A stretch of 64,000 nt of DNA from Diadema antillarum. Taxonomy: Eukaryota. Positions 63,213-64,000 of this stretch are shown piece by piece. The notes below the pieces were generated by a model. The model was not told the DNA's origin. It searched no databases and saw only the letters and a list, made by a program, of their open reading frames with translations. The DNA lies in contig NW_027271753.1 in the NCBI RefSeq assembly GCF_040938485.1, forward strand, positions 1,922,001 to 1,986,000, read 5' to 3'. The position numbers were made by a program, and so were the translations under genes. Positions within the stretch are counted from its first letter, which is position 1; each line of letters starts with the position of its first letter.

Positions 63213-63294
63213 CAGATCGACGAAACGAATACACTGTGCGGCGTCGATCAGCGCGGCAAGTATGGCTCTGTTCCTCCATGCACGACAGATATAC
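63213..63294 (+). other. Candidate exon of an unidentified plus-strand gene
   Basis: Acceptor CTCTTTGGTATTTCATAG|CAG, donor ATAC|GTGAGT, locally GC-rich. All three frames are open, and one has ATG in good context (AGTATGG, MALFLHARQIY). Confidence 0.45.
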
Positions 63295-64000
63295 GTGAGT
63301 CTGTTACTCACTACAACAATTATATGTTTTTAACGAGAAAACAAGCATTCAGATGTCGATCTATGAGAAGAGTACAAATTCAGATCTCTGTACGGGGTTG
63401 AATTTGATGTTGAGGGTCGGAGATTATGTTGTAGAGGCCTGTAATATCTATACACTAACACAACGATGAGAAAGAAAATGGTCTCGTTTGAAGTAGCGTC
63501 GATCCGGTGAAGATTGTTGCTAACAAAACTAGAAACATGCACAAGAAGTTAAAGTACCTGATGATTATTACCAACGTTTAATCACGTGTTACAATGACAG
63601 GTTCAATTTTGTATAGACCCACCAAGCTGTATTTCGACGATTTAATGTATTGCTAGGTCGGATCAATCACCACTCATAGTCATTTACAAATAACGATGTC
63701 TGATCAGCTTAGAGATAGGATTAAACTACTCATCCAGGAATCACTTGATAACCTGCTATGAATGCTTATTTTTAAAAAGATAAAAACTGTAGTCAAGCTG
63801 GAATACTTGAAAGCGAAAGTGGTAGCAGCAACATTTAATAAACCACTGAAAACTGGCTACGCCTATATATAGTAGAATTACTTGATTAATCATCGCTGCT
63901 GGCACCCATAAATCTGTTTTTCTTTATCGCTAAGAATTTCTGACAATCATACGACACAGGTCTACGTCATCGTCTTATCGAAATGTATGATGTGTTTTTA

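Overview
This is AT-rich, intron-containing animal genomic DNA. The repeat types and gene styles suggest an invertebrate deuterostome such as an echinoderm (inference); there is no prokaryotic content. Two protein-coding genes are well supported, both on the + strand. (1) A complete four-exon Fos/kayak-family bZIP gene (CDS 14641-21000, 315 aa) with a TATA/CRE promoter, an upstream ETS-CRE-CArG cluster and an ARE-containing 3' region. Its second zipper leucine is replaced by Trp. (2) A divergent filamin-type gene (29551-33359, probable last exon 34338-34362) encoding only the tandem-CH actin-binding domain. I found no filamin Ig-repeat exon in the following 30 kb, so it appears to be a roughly 260-aa 'mini-filamin', the most interesting object here. 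The rest is a dense mix of transposons. These include a 3.7-kb TIR element with a 5-bp TSD carrying a ~170-bp satellite array with higher-order structure, a related MITE family, Kolobok-, Harbinger- and hAT-like MITEs, tRNA-derived SINEs, L2-type LINE fragments and microsatellites. There is also a perfect 100-bp palindrome and several orphan exon-like segments (38.5-39.0 kb minus; 57-58 kb and 63 kb plus) that may belong to unrecognised genes. All calls were made by eye, without database searches.
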